IMG/VR virus record: IMGVR_UViG_3300025902_000014
Coordinates: 1-64,000 of that record
Length of the DNA stretch: 64,000 nt
From: a virus
Taxonomy: Duplodnaviria; Caudoviricetes
Reading direction: 5' to 3' (one strand)
Part shown: piece after piece, positions 1 through 9,733 of the stretch
Numbering within the stretch: position 1 is the first letter of the stretch
Layout: the number at the start of each line of letters is the position of its first letter
Notes under the pieces: model-generated
Seen by the model: only the letters and a program-made list of their open reading frames with translations
The model's database searches: none
What the model was told of the DNA's origin: nothing
Made by a program: the position numbers and the translations under genes

Positions 1-858
1 TCCTCGGTTGCGGCAACGATCGCCCGGGAGTGCCAGAAGCTCGGTGGAGCTGTGGTCTGGTACGACTCCGAGCACACGATCTTGCCGGACTACTTCAAGG
101 ACTTCGGCCTCGACATCTCGGACCTGACCTTCTTCTACAACCCCAACCTCGAAGGCTTCTTCTCCGCCGTCGAGGAGTTCGCCACGGGCTTCCGGGAGAT
201 CTTCCCGACGGCACCCCTCCTCTTCGTCCTCGACTCTGTGGCCGCCGCCCAGACGGCCAGTCAGGAGGAGGCCGACTACGAGAAGGCCGGGGTGGCCGCG
301 CAGGCCCGGGTCATGTCCGCCTCTCTCCGCAAGCTCGTGCCCCACCTCTCGAAGACCCAGTCCACCCTCGTCCTCGTCAACCAGTCCCGTACGAAGATCG
401 GCGTGATGTACGGCGACGACAACGACACCCCGGGCGGCCGGGCCATGAAGTTCTACGCCAGTCAGAGGATCGCCCTCCGCAAGGTCTCCAAGCCTTTGGT
501 GGACGAGAAGGACCGGCTCATCGGGATCGACGTCGAGGCCCACATCGTCAAGAACAAGGTGGCCCCCCCGTTCAAGAAGTCCGGGTTTCGGCTCCTGTTC
601 GGGCGCGGGATCTCCTACACCGAGTCCGCTTTCGACCTGCTCGTCCGGCGCGAGGTCATCCTTGGCGGCGCGGCCGGGAGGTACACCTATCCCGGGGTCG
701 TCTCCGGGAGCTTCTTCAAGAAGGAATTCCCGGACATCCTCGCCGCGCACCCGGTGATCCGGGAGGAAGTGTCCCGTCAGGTCCAGATTCCCGAGATGAC
801 GTTCGCAATCGAAGTCGATCCCACCCTCATCGAAGAAGACGAGAAAGCCCCGGAGTAA
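1..858 (+). CDS. recA: RecA/UvsX-like recombinase (5' truncated by window edge)
   Basis: RecA motifs LDSVAA, QARVMSASLRKL, NQSRTKIGVMYG-TPGGRAMKFYASQRI, VKNKVAPPFK; frame open from position 1. Confidence 0.95.
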   Translation, partial: SSVAATIARECQKLGGAVVWYDSEHTILPDYFKDFGLDISDLTFFYNPNLEGFFSAVEEFATGFREIFPTAPLLFVLDSVAAAQTASQEEADYEKAGVAAQARVMSASLRKLVPHLSKTQSTLVLVNQSRTKIGVMYGDDNDTPGGRAMKFYASQRIALRKVSKPLVDEKDRLIGIDVEAHIVKNKVAPPFKKSGFRLLFGRGISYTESAFDLLVRREVILGGAAGRYTYPGVVSGSFFKKEFPDILAAHPVIREEVSRQVQIPEMTFAIEVDPTLIEEDEKAPE

Positions 859-863
859 ACACG

Positions 864-2000
864 ATGCTTGCAGTCAGCGATCTTCACTTGGACCAACACC
901 CGGAGTTCGGAAGGCCGGACTCTGACGCACGGTTCCCCGGGTGTAACTCCCGGGCCGTGGCGATCCTGACTGCGCTCGAACGGGCCTACAACTACGCAGT
1001 CGCCGGGGAGCACAAGTACGTCGTGATCCCCGGCGACGTTTTTCACAGGCGGGGGATCGTCATGGTCCCCCTTCTCAACGCCCTCTGCAAGGTCTTCGAT
1101 CACTTCAAGGCCCAGCACGACATCATCACCATCGTCCTCCCGGGGAACCACGACTACGTGGACCGGCACGCCAAGTACGAGGCCGAGCACCTGCACGCCC
1201 TCTATTCCATGTCGGGGAACGTCATGGTCGCCTCGGAGCCCCAGATCGTCCGGGTCCGGGAGCACGGGTTCAACGGGCTGATCGGGCTCATTCCCTACAC
1301 CCCCAGCCGGGACGTCTGGAAGAAGCGGGCTGAGTCCCTCGCTTCCCTCGCCTCCAGTGCAAACAGTGGAAGGTCTCCGCACCTCGCCCTCTTCGCGCAC
1401 CAGTCCTTCGATGGGGCGCGGACTGGACCCCACGAGTACGTCATGAAGGAGGGTCTCGGCACCCTCGACGTTCCCGAGGGGGTGCAGGTGTTCACCGGGC
1501 ACTACCACCTCCACCAGACTATGGGGGACTGGGTCACCTACGTTGGAGGGCTCGTCCAGCAGAACTTCGGGGAGCGCGAATACACCCCGGGCTTTCTGGA
1601 GATCAAGCTGCCCTCGTGGGAGTGGAGACACATTGAAGATACGGAGGCACCTCGGTTCGTGGTCTACGAAGGCGCGGACCCTGTTGCCGTCCTCGAAGCC
1701 CAGAAGCTCGCGGCCGAGAGGGGGGATTACCTCAAGGTGCTCTTCACCGGGAAGACCACGGACCTCATGGACCTCGGGCACGAGACCAAGGGAGATGGGA
1801 ATGTCTCACTTCTCGACGCCACCGAGGACACCCTTGGGGACGTCCGGATGACCTTCACCGGAATGGAGGCATCCGTCGAGGTTGTTGAGAAGTACGTGGA
1901 GCACATGGGTAAGCTCGGGAAGATCCCGGGTGGGGCCAAGAGGGTCATCGAGGCGGGTCGGAAGATCCTCGAAACCTCTCGCCGGAATGCGGCGGTCTGA
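864..2000 (+). CDS. Mre11/SbcD/gp47-like metallophosphoesterase nuclease
   Basis: SDLHL, PGDVFH, PGNHD, FAHQ, TGHYH motifs; ATG 864 after GGAG; adjacent to Rad50-like gene. Confidence 0.93.
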   Translation: MLAVSDLHLDQHPEFGRPDSDARFPGCNSRAVAILTALERAYNYAVAGEHKYVVIPGDVFHRRGIVMVPLLNALCKVFDHFKAQHDIITIVLPGNHDYVDRHAKYEAEHLHALYSMSGNVMVASEPQIVRVREHGFNGLIGLIPYTPSRDVWKKRAESLASLASSANSGRSPHLALFAHQSFDGARTGPHEYVMKEGLGTLDVPEGVQVFTGHYHLHQTMGDWVTYVGGLVQQNFGEREYTPGFLEIKLPSWEWRHIEDTEAPRFVVYEGADPVAVLEAQKLAAERGDYLKVLFTGKTTDLMDLGHETKGDGNVSLLDATEDTLGDVRMTFTGMEASVEVVEKYVEHMGKLGKIPGGAKRVIEAGRKILETSRRNAAV

Positions 2001-2002
2001 CC

Positions 2003-3895
2003 ATGATCGAATTCCAGAACGTCAAGCTCATCGGGTTCTTCAACGCGGCCGAGCTGGTGGAGGTGCCCCTCGACACGAAGGGGCTCAACCTCGTCCTCGG
2101 GGAGAATGGGGCCGGGAAGTCCAGCCGGTACACGGAGGCGCTCTTCTGGGGGCTGTACGGCAAGACCCTCCGGGATTTGAAGTCCTCTGACGGGGTCATC
2201 AACAAGGACTCGGACACGGCGACGGTCGAGATCACCCTCACGGACGGAGGGGAAAAGCTCCAGATCCTCCGGGCCAAGACCCGGGGCAGGTCTCAGGTGC
2301 TGGAAGTCCGGAAGCTCGTGGGGACCGACGAGGTCGTCCTCTTCCCTGCGGCCAACCTCGCGGAGAAGCAGGAGAAGCTGGAAGAGTGGCTCGGGCTCGA
2401 CGCGAACACGTTCCAGAACAGCGTCATCTTCGGGCAGGGGGCCACGGCTCTCTTCGCCGCCGGGCTCTCCGACTCGGAGCGCAAGGCGGTCTTCGACCGG
2501 ATCTGCGGGCTCGACGAGTACGACCGGGCCTTCGAGGTAGCCCAGAGCCAGCGCAAGGCAGCCGACGTCGATGCCACGGTCCGGCAGACCCGCTTCGAGG
2601 ACGCGCAGGCCCGGTTGACCACCCTCCAGACCAACCTCGCCGAGGAGGAAGCCGGGCTCAACATCCTCACCAGTGAGATCGAGGCCGCCCGGGTCACGGT
2701 GTCGGCCCAGATCGAGGAGACCCAGCGGGAGTTGAAGGACGCGGAGGAGAAGCTCGAAACCGCGAAGGTGGCACTTCAGGACGCCAAGGCCACCCGGGAT
2801 GCCCTGCCCCCCGCGTCCGGAGACCCGGAAATCCTCAAGGACCGGAGCGAGACGACCACGCTCCTGCGCGGCCTCGCGGGAGAGAAGGAAGACCTCGGGC
2901 GCAAGCTCCGCGTGGGCCGTGGCAAGGTGGAGGGCTGGACCACGGAAGTGACCCGGCTCAAGGAGAGCATCAAGACCTCGAAGTGCGGGTACTGCGGCTC
3001 GACCCTGTCGAACGTGGAGACCGTTGAGGCCATGCTGGCCGCCCGGGGGAAGGATCTCCGCCTCGAACAGGAGGACGTGGCCCTGCTGGAGAAGCAGCTC
3101 GCAGCCGTGGAGGCCGACATCACCGAGACGGATGCCCTGCTCCGGCAGCTCAACGAGGCCGTGATCGGAGCGTCCCTCGACCGTCGGACGGCGGACGAGA
3201 AGGTGGCGGACCGGGCGGCCAACGTGTCGGCTTTCCGGCTCGTCGTCGAGACCAAGGCCAAGCACCTGACCGCCCTCGGGGGCACGGCGGAGGCCCTCCG
3301 GCGTCGGTTCGAGGCCGCCGAGCGGAACCTCGTGGCTCTGAAAGCGGAGCTGGCGGAGAAGACCGAGGAGATCGTGGGTCTTCAGAAGGCCCGCGACGAG
3401 GCCGTGGACAAGCAGGCTCTCTACCAGTTCTGGGAGGAGGGGTTCGGTCCGAAGGGGATCAAGGCGTTCCTCATCGAGAATGTCCTGCCCACCCTGAACC
3501 GGCTCATCAACGAGCACCTCGGATACCTGAGCGACGGCGGGATCACGGCGAAGGTCTCCGCGACGACGTCCCTCAAGAAGGGCGGGGTGGCCGAGCGGCT
3601 CAGCGTGGATGTCGTCAATGCCTCCGGGGCCGACCTGTACGGCGGGAACTCGGGAGGGGAGAAGCGGCGGATCGACCTCGCCATCCTCCTCGCTCTCCAA
3701 GACCTCGTGGGCTCCCGGGCCAGCCGGGCGGTGAACCTCTGCATCTACGACGAGGTGCTGGATGCCCTCGACGAGGACGGGACGACCAAGGCCGTGAACT
3801 ACCTGAAGATCCGGTCCGTCGGCAAGCCCACTTTTCTCATTTCGCATTCAGAACACACCAAGGCCCTCGTGGAGGATCTGATCCGTGTCGGCTGA
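2003..3895 (+). CDS. Rad50/SbcC/gp46-like SMC ATPase
   Basis: Walker A GENGAGKS, coiled coil with CGYC zinc hook, signature SGGEKRR, Walker B IYDEVLDALD, ISH loop. Confidence 0.95.
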   Translation: MIEFQNVKLIGFFNAAELVEVPLDTKGLNLVLGENGAGKSSRYTEALFWGLYGKTLRDLKSSDGVINKDSDTATVEITLTDGGEKLQILRAKTRGRSQVLEVRKLVGTDEVVLFPAANLAEKQEKLEEWLGLDANTFQNSVIFGQGATALFAAGLSDSERKAVFDRICGLDEYDRAFEVAQSQRKAADVDATVRQTRFEDAQARLTTLQTNLAEEEAGLNILTSEIEAARVTVSAQIEETQRELKDAEEKLETAKVALQDAKATRDALPPASGDPEILKDRSETTTLLRGLAGEKEDLGRKLRVGRGKVEGWTTEVTRLKESIKTSKCGYCGSTLSNVETVEAMLAARGKDLRLEQEDVALLEKQLAAVEADITETDALLRQLNEAVIGASLDRRTADEKVADRAANVSAFRLVVETKAKHLTALGGTAEALRRRFEAAERNLVALKAELAEKTEEIVGLQKARDEAVDKQALYQFWEEGFGPKGIKAFLIENVLPTLNRLINEHLGYLSDGGITAKVSATTSLKKGGVAERLSVDVVNASGADLYGGNSGGEKRRIDLAILLALQDLVGSRASRAVNLCIYDEVLDALDEDGTTKAVNYLKIRSVGKPTFLISHSEHTKALVEDLIRVG

Positions 3896-4115
3896 AGGCA
3901 CCCTCGAACTCACCACGGAGGAGAAGCTCTCCATCATCACGTCGGCGGTCTGCACCCTGTTGGAAGAGCACCGGCCCCAGACACTGGAAGTCGGGGTCAT
4001 GATGAACACGGGGTTCGGGTACGTCGTGAAGTACGACCCTGTTACTCGGCAGATCACGGTGTCCGAGTGCGGGTGCGAGAAGTGCCTCGAAGTCCGGGCA
4101 AGGGGGGTCGTGTGA
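3885..4115 (+). CDS. hypothetical protein (C-terminal CxCxxC)
   Basis: overlapping-gene chain, phage-like codon usage. Confidence 0.6.
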   Translation: MSAEGTLELTTEEKLSIITSAVCTLLEEHRPQTLEVGVMMNTGFGYVVKYDPVTRQITVSECGCEKCLEVRARGVV

Positions 4116-4411
4116 CGCAGCGTCCGAACAACCTCGTTCTGGCCTACCGGAAGGTGAAGTTCGATCCCACTCCTGCGGATGGCGGCATTCCCGTCGTCAA
4201 CCTGACGGTGGAGCCTTTCGCCTTCAACGACGACGCCTTCGCCAAGACCCACGGGGAGGCCGGGGTTCGGGCCATGGCTGAGCTGGTCGAGAAGGAAGCC
4301 CGGGTGGCCGAGTTGGAGCGGGCCGGGAAGTCCACGGAAGAGGCGGTGCTGGAGGTCTTCGGCCCGCCGATCGACGTTCCTGAGATCGACCTGACGAAGG
4401 GAGTGAAGTGA
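4112..4411 (+). CDS. hypothetical protein
   Basis: GTGA overlap with both neighbours. Confidence 0.6.
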   Translation: MTQRPNNLVLAYRKVKFDPTPADGGIPVVNLTVEPFAFNDDAFAKTHGEAGVRAMAELVEKEARVAELERAGKSTEEAVLEVFGPPIDVPEIDLTKGVK

Positions 4412-5004
4412 GAGCGAGCTTCATGGAGAAGCCCTGTCCTGACTGCAAGGGCACGGGCAAGGTCAAGGCCCGGACCAAGTCCGGGCAGGGGCGCATGGCG
4501 AAGACCAAGGGCTCAGCGACGGAGCTGCGGGTCGCCAAGATGATCGCCACAGCCATCGGGGTGCCGTACGAGGAGTGCCGCCGGACCCCGAACTCGGGAG
4601 CCCTCATCGAGCGGGGAGATCTCCGGCTCTCCAACCTCGCCCTCGAACGGTTCCCGTGGTTCGTCGAGGTCAAGGCCCGGGAAAGCTGGGACTTCTCCCA
4701 GCTCTTCAACCGGACCCTGAGTGACCTTGGGAAGTGGGAGCCGATCGCGTGGTTCCACGATGCCATCGTGAAGATGAAGTCGGACGCGAAGAACGGGTTC
4801 GGTGACGGGAAGGAGCACCCTGTTCTCCTCGTTCTCCTCCAGAACCGGAAGCCCCCGTTGGCCATGACGTTCACCATCTGGGCGAACGGCTGGAACGAGA
4901 GCTTCGTGAGCCTCGGAGTGGGGTACCAGTACACGATCGTGAAGTTCGAGGACGTCCTCATGTTGGCGACGAAGAAGCTGGCGGAGAACAAGAGCCACGA
5001 GTAA
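4408..5004 (+). CDS. PD-(D/E)xK nuclease, Holliday junction resolvase-like, with N-terminal CxxCxGxG
   Basis: KGSATELRVAK...RRTPNSGA...GDL...FVEVK pattern typical of phage Hjc-like resolvases. Confidence 0.75.
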   Translation: MRASFMEKPCPDCKGTGKVKARTKSGQGRMAKTKGSATELRVAKMIATAIGVPYEECRRTPNSGALIERGDLRLSNLALERFPWFVEVKARESWDFSQLFNRTLSDLGKWEPIAWFHDAIVKMKSDAKNGFGDGKEHPVLLVLLQNRKPPLAMTFTIWANGWNESFVSLGVGYQYTIVKFEDVLMLATKKLAENKSHE

Positions 5005-5604
5005 ATGAACGGAGCCCGCTCAGCACCTCGGGCCTACAGGCCCCCGATGAAGTCCGTGGTCTTCGTGGACATCCAGAACGTGTTCTACGGCTTGAAGAGG
5101 ATCACCGGCAATCAGAGAGCCCGGTGCGATTTCGTCAAGCTCCGGAACGTTCTGAGTTCCTCCGAGGACGACCTGTTCCTCGCCTACATCGTGACCCCTG
5201 TCATGGGCGCGGACTCCCCCCGGCCTCACGTTATGAAGGACGACTCGTGGTTCATCCACTTCCTCCGGAAGTCCGGGTATCAGGTCCGTCGCCACTTCGC
5301 CCGGGTGTTCCAGAACAAGGACGACGACTCCGTCCAGTTCGACCGGACGTCCCCCGTGCGCGAGATGGTCATCGACTCCCTTCGGCACATTCATTCTTTC
5401 GATCGGGTGGTGATCGTGTCGGGGTCCGGGGCCACCATCCCTCTGGCCGACAAGGCCCACGAGCTGGGCAAGCTGGTCGTCGTGGCCAGCTTTGAGCGGG
5501 CCGGAGACCTCAACCCGGGACTGAAGGCACGGGCGGACGAGACGGTCCAGCTCGATGCCTCGTTCCAGTACGTCCCACGGCGGGAGAGGAATCGTCATGT
5601 CTGA
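5005..5604 (+). CDS. NYN (LabA/DUF88, PIN-like) domain protein, probably degenerate
   Basis: VFVDIQNVF, VVIVSGSG, G+LVVVAS, L+A+AD; start may be ATG 5047. Confidence 0.8.
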   Translation: MNGARSAPRAYRPPMKSVVFVDIQNVFYGLKRITGNQRARCDFVKLRNVLSSSEDDLFLAYIVTPVMGADSPRPHVMKDDSWFIHFLRKSGYQVRRHFARVFQNKDDDSVQFDRTSPVREMVIDSLRHIHSFDRVVIVSGSGATIPLADKAHELGKLVVVASFERAGDLNPGLKARADETVQLDASFQYVPRRERNRHV

Positions 5605-6292
5605 TCTCGCGAAGGGCACCCTGAAGAAGGTTCCGATCCACATGATCCGGGAGAACCCGTGGAACCCGAACCGCATGACCCCCGAGATGTTCGAGCTGGA
5701 GAAGAAGTCCATCCGGGACAACGGGTACATCAGCCCCGTCATCGTCCGGTCTGTCGGGGAGGACGGGAAGCTCTTCGAGATCATCGACGGGGCGCACCGG
5801 TTCCGGGCCGTCGTCGCTCTCGGGGAGGAGGTCATCCGGGTCGTGGACCTCGGGGTACTTCCAGACCATCAGGCCAAGGCCCTGACCCTCAAGCTCAACG
5901 ACATCCACGGGGAGTCCGACGAGGAGCTGAAGCGCCAGCTCGTGGCCGATCTCCTCGGGGCCTTCACGCCGCTGGAGCTGACCGAGACCCTCCCGTACGA
6001 GACCGATTACTACGCCCAGTTCCCGGAGTTCGCGGAGTGGGTGGATAAGTCCCGGGAGGAGGCCACGGCCGATCTGGAGCTGTCCGCCACCGAGGTCGAG
6101 ATCAAGAAGCCCAAGAAGGCCACGTACGACGGGTTCACCCTCGTTCACCTCCTCGTCCCGAACGACGAGGTCAAGGGTCTGACCGCCCTCGCCAAGAAGG
6201 TCATGGCCGCCCGGGACATGGACGCCTCCCGGTTCGAGGTGGCCTTCGGTGAGCTGGTCCACGAACTTCTGAAGGAAGCCTCGGGAGAATGA
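5597..6292 (+). CDS. ParB/Srx-like N-terminal domain protein
   Basis: NPWNPNRM...SIRDNGYISPVIVR...IIDGAHRFRA. Confidence 0.85.
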   Translation: MSDLAKGTLKKVPIHMIRENPWNPNRMTPEMFELEKKSIRDNGYISPVIVRSVGEDGKLFEIIDGAHRFRAVVALGEEVIRVVDLGVLPDHQAKALTLKLNDIHGESDEELKRQLVADLLGAFTPLELTETLPYETDYYAQFPEFAEWVDKSREEATADLELSATEVEIKKPKKATYDGFTLVHLLVPNDEVKGLTALAKKVMAARDMDASRFEVAFGELVHELLKEASGE

Positions 6293-7095
6293 GCAGGGAG
6301 ATCCGGTCCCTCGCGGCGCGGCATCCCTTCGAGGTCCGCTACCGGGCTCGGGAGCTGTACCTGCGGGGGATTTCTCTGGCCGACATCCCCGAGCTGATCG
6401 GGCGGGAGCTGGACGAGAAGAACGCCATGCAGGCCAAGGAGGCCGGGCTGCCTGCACCCCCGCCGACAGAGCGGCTCGCCCCCCGGGTGGTCCGGTACTG
6501 GTTCGACGAGGGGAAGTGGAGCCACTACCGGAAGTCCACGGAACGGGTGGTCCTCAAGGAGCAGGTCAACCGGATCAAGCGGGAGTTCTCGGAGCGGATG
6601 CGGATTCAGGCCGCCCGGCTTCGCCTGAACCAGTCCGTGGTCGAGAGGTACTTCTACAAGCAGGAGCTGGGTGAGAAGGGGGAGGCCCTCTTCCGCCCGG
6701 ACGGCACTCCCAAGGTCGTCATCAAGACCCCCGAGGACGCGCCGATGGACATGGCCGACACCGTGCGCCTCCACCTCGCCGGGATCAAGCTGGACATCGA
6801 GCAACTGAAGGTGGCCGGGGACATGCTGGGTGGGTTCGTTCCGAAGGTTTCCCCCGAGGACTTCACCCTCGGGGCAGCCCCGCCTCCGCTCGCCCGGACC
6901 CGGGCCATCACCCCGGCCCCCGTGGAAGTCCCTGAGAGCCCCGTGGAAGTCCCGGCTTCGACCCCCGAGCCCGAGCCTTCCCCGAAGCCGAAGCGCACCC
7001 GGAAGCCCCGCGCCGTCGTCGTGGAGCCCGAACCCGTCGTTGCCCCCGAGCCCCCCGCGAAGAAGAAGAGAAAGAGGAGGAAGATTCATGCCTGA
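6289..7095 (+). CDS. N-terminal HTH protein, possible terminase small subunit; Pro-rich and basic tail
   Basis: ARELYLRGISLADI...VVRYWFDEGKW resembles TerS-type HTH; follows ParB-like gene. Confidence 0.5.
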   Translation: MSREIRSLAARHPFEVRYRARELYLRGISLADIPELIGRELDEKNAMQAKEAGLPAPPPTERLAPRVVRYWFDEGKWSHYRKSTERVVLKEQVNRIKREFSERMRIQAARLRLNQSVVERYFYKQELGEKGEALFRPDGTPKVVIKTPEDAPMDMADTVRLHLAGIKLDIEQLKVAGDMLGGFVPKVSPEDFTLGAAPPPLARTRAITPAPVEVPESPVEVPASTPEPEPSPKPKRTRKPRAVVVEPEPVVAPEPPAKKKRKRRKIHA

Positions 7096-7351
7096 GACGA
7101 CCCCCAAGACCGAGGAGCAGATCCAGCAGGAGCGCGAGGAGCTGGTCAACTGGCTCTTCACCTACCACGCCCCGGATGTGGACGCCGTCGAGGCCATGCA
7201 GGTCATCCGTGACACGGCCAAGGAGCTGGCCCTCGCGATCGACGCTCTCGTGCCTCCGGGCGCGGATCGGTCGGACTCCATCCGGAAGTTGCAGGAGTGC
7301 GTCAACACAGCCAACCGGGGCATCACCCTGAAGGGGAGGAGCTACAGGTGA
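7088..7351 (+). CDS. Acb2/Tad1-like helical-hairpin protein (putative nucleotide-signal sponge)
   Basis: FTYHAP...IRDTAKELALAIDALVP...RSDSIRKLQECVNTANRGI matches the FTYHxP...AxxKLEExxMWAN family pattern. Confidence 0.7.
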   Translation: MPETTPKTEEQIQQEREELVNWLFTYHAPDVDAVEAMQVIRDTAKELALAIDALVPPGADRSDSIRKLQECVNTANRGITLKGRSYR

Positions 7352-8073
7352 GCGAAGACCAGAAGCAGGACGACGGCAACGTGGTCCCCATGTCCCGGGG
7401 TGGTGGAGCCCCCGTGTCCCGGGGCGGTCCCGCAAAGCTGAAGGGCACTCCGGCCCCGACCGTCACCATGACGGAGATGGAGAAGAACGCCCCGGTCTTC
7501 AACTCCCCCAAGGAGTACCAGCAGTGGCTGGACGGCAAGCCGACCCGGCGCGAGGTGATTGCCGACGTCAAGAAACTTCAGGAGTGGTCGGCTTACATCT
7601 CCGCCCGGCTGGAGCAGGTGACCGAGCCTCTGGAGGCCCTGAAGACCCTTCTCGTCAAGCGGGGGGTCATCTCCTTCGAGGAGTACACGGCGCAGGCCAC
7701 CCTCCAGCTCAACTTCAAGCGGGTGCTGGACGCCATCAACTTCACCCCCCACTTCGCCATGACCGAGAAGATCCAGATGGCCCGGAGCTGGAACGAGGAG
7801 CACCCCGAAATCAAGATCGTGGGGGCTTACATCCGGGGACTCAAGGACTTCCTGAAAGACCCTGCGTCCGGCCTGACCCTCATGGAGAGGGCCGAGCACG
7901 CCTCCGAACTGGGGATCGGTGAAGAGACCGTCCTGACCGAGGTCGAGCTGTCCGAGCTGGCCGCTCAGCTCGCGGCCCCTCCGGTCACGGCCGACGAGGC
8001 CGAGTCGGACCCCGAAAAGGCTGCCGAGCTTCTGGCCGAAGCCGGTCTGACGTCCAACGAGAAGGAGCCCTGA
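7348..8073 (+). CDS. hypothetical helical protein
   Basis: GTG 7348 after GGGGAGG; long ORF with typical codon usage. Confidence 0.7.
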   Translation: MSEDQKQDDGNVVPMSRGGGAPVSRGGPAKLKGTPAPTVTMTEMEKNAPVFNSPKEYQQWLDGKPTRREVIADVKKLQEWSAYISARLEQVTEPLEALKTLLVKRGVISFEEYTAQATLQLNFKRVLDAINFTPHFAMTEKIQMARSWNEEHPEIKIVGAYIRGLKDFLKDPASGLTLMERAEHASELGIGEETVLTEVELSELAAQLAAPPVTADEAESDPEKAAELLAEAGLTSNEKEP

Positions 8074-8075
8074 CC

Positions 8076-8273
8076 ATGGCGATCGAACAGCGCACCATCG
8101 AACTTCCCGAGGATTCCAAGGCGAAGCTGGCCCTGAAGCAGCGGTACCAGTCCGAGGGGTGGCGGATCGTCTCGATGACCGCCGACTTCATCATCGTCGA
8201 GAGGGAGAAGCCCACGGTCCAGACCGAGGAGAGCACCGGGGGCATCCGCCGGAACGTGAAACTCACCGACTGA
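8076..8273 (+). CDS. hypothetical protein
   Basis: ATG after AAGGAG. Confidence 0.65.
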   Translation: MAIEQRTIELPEDSKAKLALKQRYQSEGWRIVSMTADFIIVEREKPTVQTEESTGGIRRNVKLTD

Positions 8274-8279
8274 TAGTGC

Positions 8280-8308
8280 TTGACAGTTCGATCTTCATCG
8301 TGTAACTT
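8280..8308 (+). promoter_or_regulatory. sigma70-type promoter TTGACA-N17-TAACTT
   Basis: AT-rich intergenic gap; same pattern recurs across the window. Confidence 0.7.
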
Positions 8309-8356
8309 CCTACTTGAGGTTTAGGGTTTCAATCCTGCCCTCATAGGAAGGTCCAC

Positions 8357-8614
8357 ATGATCGGAACGGGAAGCACATCGGCGACTGCCGGGAGCAGGGT
8401 GGGGGCCAATCTGGGGCTCACCGTCAACATCGGCAACTTCGAGAGCATCAGGTTCGATGTCTCGCAGGAGGTGACCTACACGGGGGAACCGGGGGACGAC
8501 AGGGAGACGGTGTTCGCGGCTCTCATGGAGGACATCCGCACGAAGCTCTACGAGACCCTCGCTGCCGAGATCCGGAACTTCCGAGAACTGAGGAAAAGTC
8601 TTGTTTCAAGCTGA
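8357..8614 (+). CDS. hypothetical phage protein (T-x-N-x-GNFES-x-R-x-DV type)
   Basis: motif common in small phage proteins; downstream of promoter. Confidence 0.7.
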   Translation: MIGTGSTSATAGSRVGANLGLTVNIGNFESIRFDVSQEVTYTGEPGDDRETVFAALMEDIRTKLYETLAAEIRNFRELRKSLVSS

Positions 8615-8633
8615 GGTAGCCCGAGGAGGAAAG

Positions 8634-9194
8634 ATGTCCAAAGAACCGATTCGCGTCCTGAAGGTCAGGACCAGAAAGCGCAGGGGAGTTCCGGAGAGCG
8701 TTCTCGTGGACGTCCCCTTCATTCGGGTCACTCCGAAAAAGAGTCAGGTCAGTCTCGGGAGGGATGCTCTGGCTGTCCTCGGGCGGCCCGCTAAGGTGGT
8801 CTGGGAGATCCACGACGGGAAGTTCCCCGAGGTTCCCCCGGGTACCCCCACCAGCTCGGTCAGGGTCTCCGACCGGATCAAGCTCCGGATCGTGGCCGCC
8901 GGGCCGGAAGACGCTGGCGGGTACGTCGTCAGCTACGGTAAGCTCCGGGACGCAGACGGCATGGAACGGTCTCGCCCGGCCGGGCTGACCACGGTCCCGG
9001 GGAACATCGGGAAGTTCCTGACCTCTCGCCGGTACTGGGCGATCTCGTGGTCCAAGCCCACCGACTACCCGAAGTGGTTCGAGTTTTCCCTGAAGTCCAC
9101 AGTTCCCACGGCGGCGGCGGCAGCGTCCGTCCCGCAAAGCAACAGCACGGACCCGGAGGCACTGACGGGTTCGCACGAAGGAGGCACCCAGTGA
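8634..9194 (+). CDS. hypothetical protein
   Basis: ATG after GAGGAGG. Confidence 0.65.
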   Translation: MSKEPIRVLKVRTRKRRGVPESVLVDVPFIRVTPKKSQVSLGRDALAVLGRPAKVVWEIHDGKFPEVPPGTPTSSVRVSDRIKLRIVAAGPEDAGGYVVSYGKLRDADGMERSRPAGLTTVPGNIGKFLTSRRYWAISWSKPTDYPKWFEFSLKSTVPTAAAAASVPQSNSTDPEALTGSHEGGTQ

Positions 9195-9646
9195 ACACCC
9201 TGAAGTTCCTCACGAAGACCTACGAGTCGGACCCCTACCTCAAGGCTTTCTTCGACAACGCCGCGAAGAACGCTCAGGAGAAGGGCACCCCCGTCATCAT
9301 GGCGTTCGCGCAGGAGGCCACGCGCCTCAGCTCGTTCGTCCTCGCAGCGGCTCCGGCCTCGTCCCCGGTGGCGGAACCGGCCATCGCCCCCAAGCGGCGT
9401 GGCCCCAAGCCGGGCAGCAAGCGGACCCCGAAGGTCGAGACGGCCCCCGCCGCGTCCTCGGACGCCGCGCAGGTCATCAAGGTCGGCAAGACGTCCGTCC
9501 CCACCGTGGCCACCGAGGCCCCCGTGAGGAAGAAGCCCGGCCCCAAGAAGGGCACCCCGAGGAAGGCCGCCGTCGCGGCGAGGGCCGCTCGCGTGAAGGG
9601 TCTCCCGGTCATCGACGAGGCCGAGGTCTCTGTTCCGCAGGTCTAA
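9191..9646 (+). CDS. basic Lys/Ala/Pro-rich putative DNA-binding (histone H1/AT-hook-like) protein
   Basis: KRRGPKPGSKR and RKKPGPKKGTPRK segments. Confidence 0.6.
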   Translation: MNTLKFLTKTYESDPYLKAFFDNAAKNAQEKGTPVIMAFAQEATRLSSFVLAAAPASSPVAEPAIAPKRRGPKPGSKRTPKVETAPAASSDAAQVIKVGKTSVPTVATEAPVRKKPGPKKGTPRKAAVAARAARVKGLPVIDEAEVSVPQV

Positions 9647-9733
9647 CCCCCTACCCCAGTGGCGTTTCGGGACGGGCACGCGCTACAATGGCACGTGCCC
9701 GTTATCCTTTTGCGGCGTTGAGGAGAACCGAGC

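Noticed and set aside
30-863. N-terminal 278 aa of the 656-aa ORF as part of the nuclease
   Set aside because: Out-of-frame overlap with RecA; the real start is ATG 864 with an RBS
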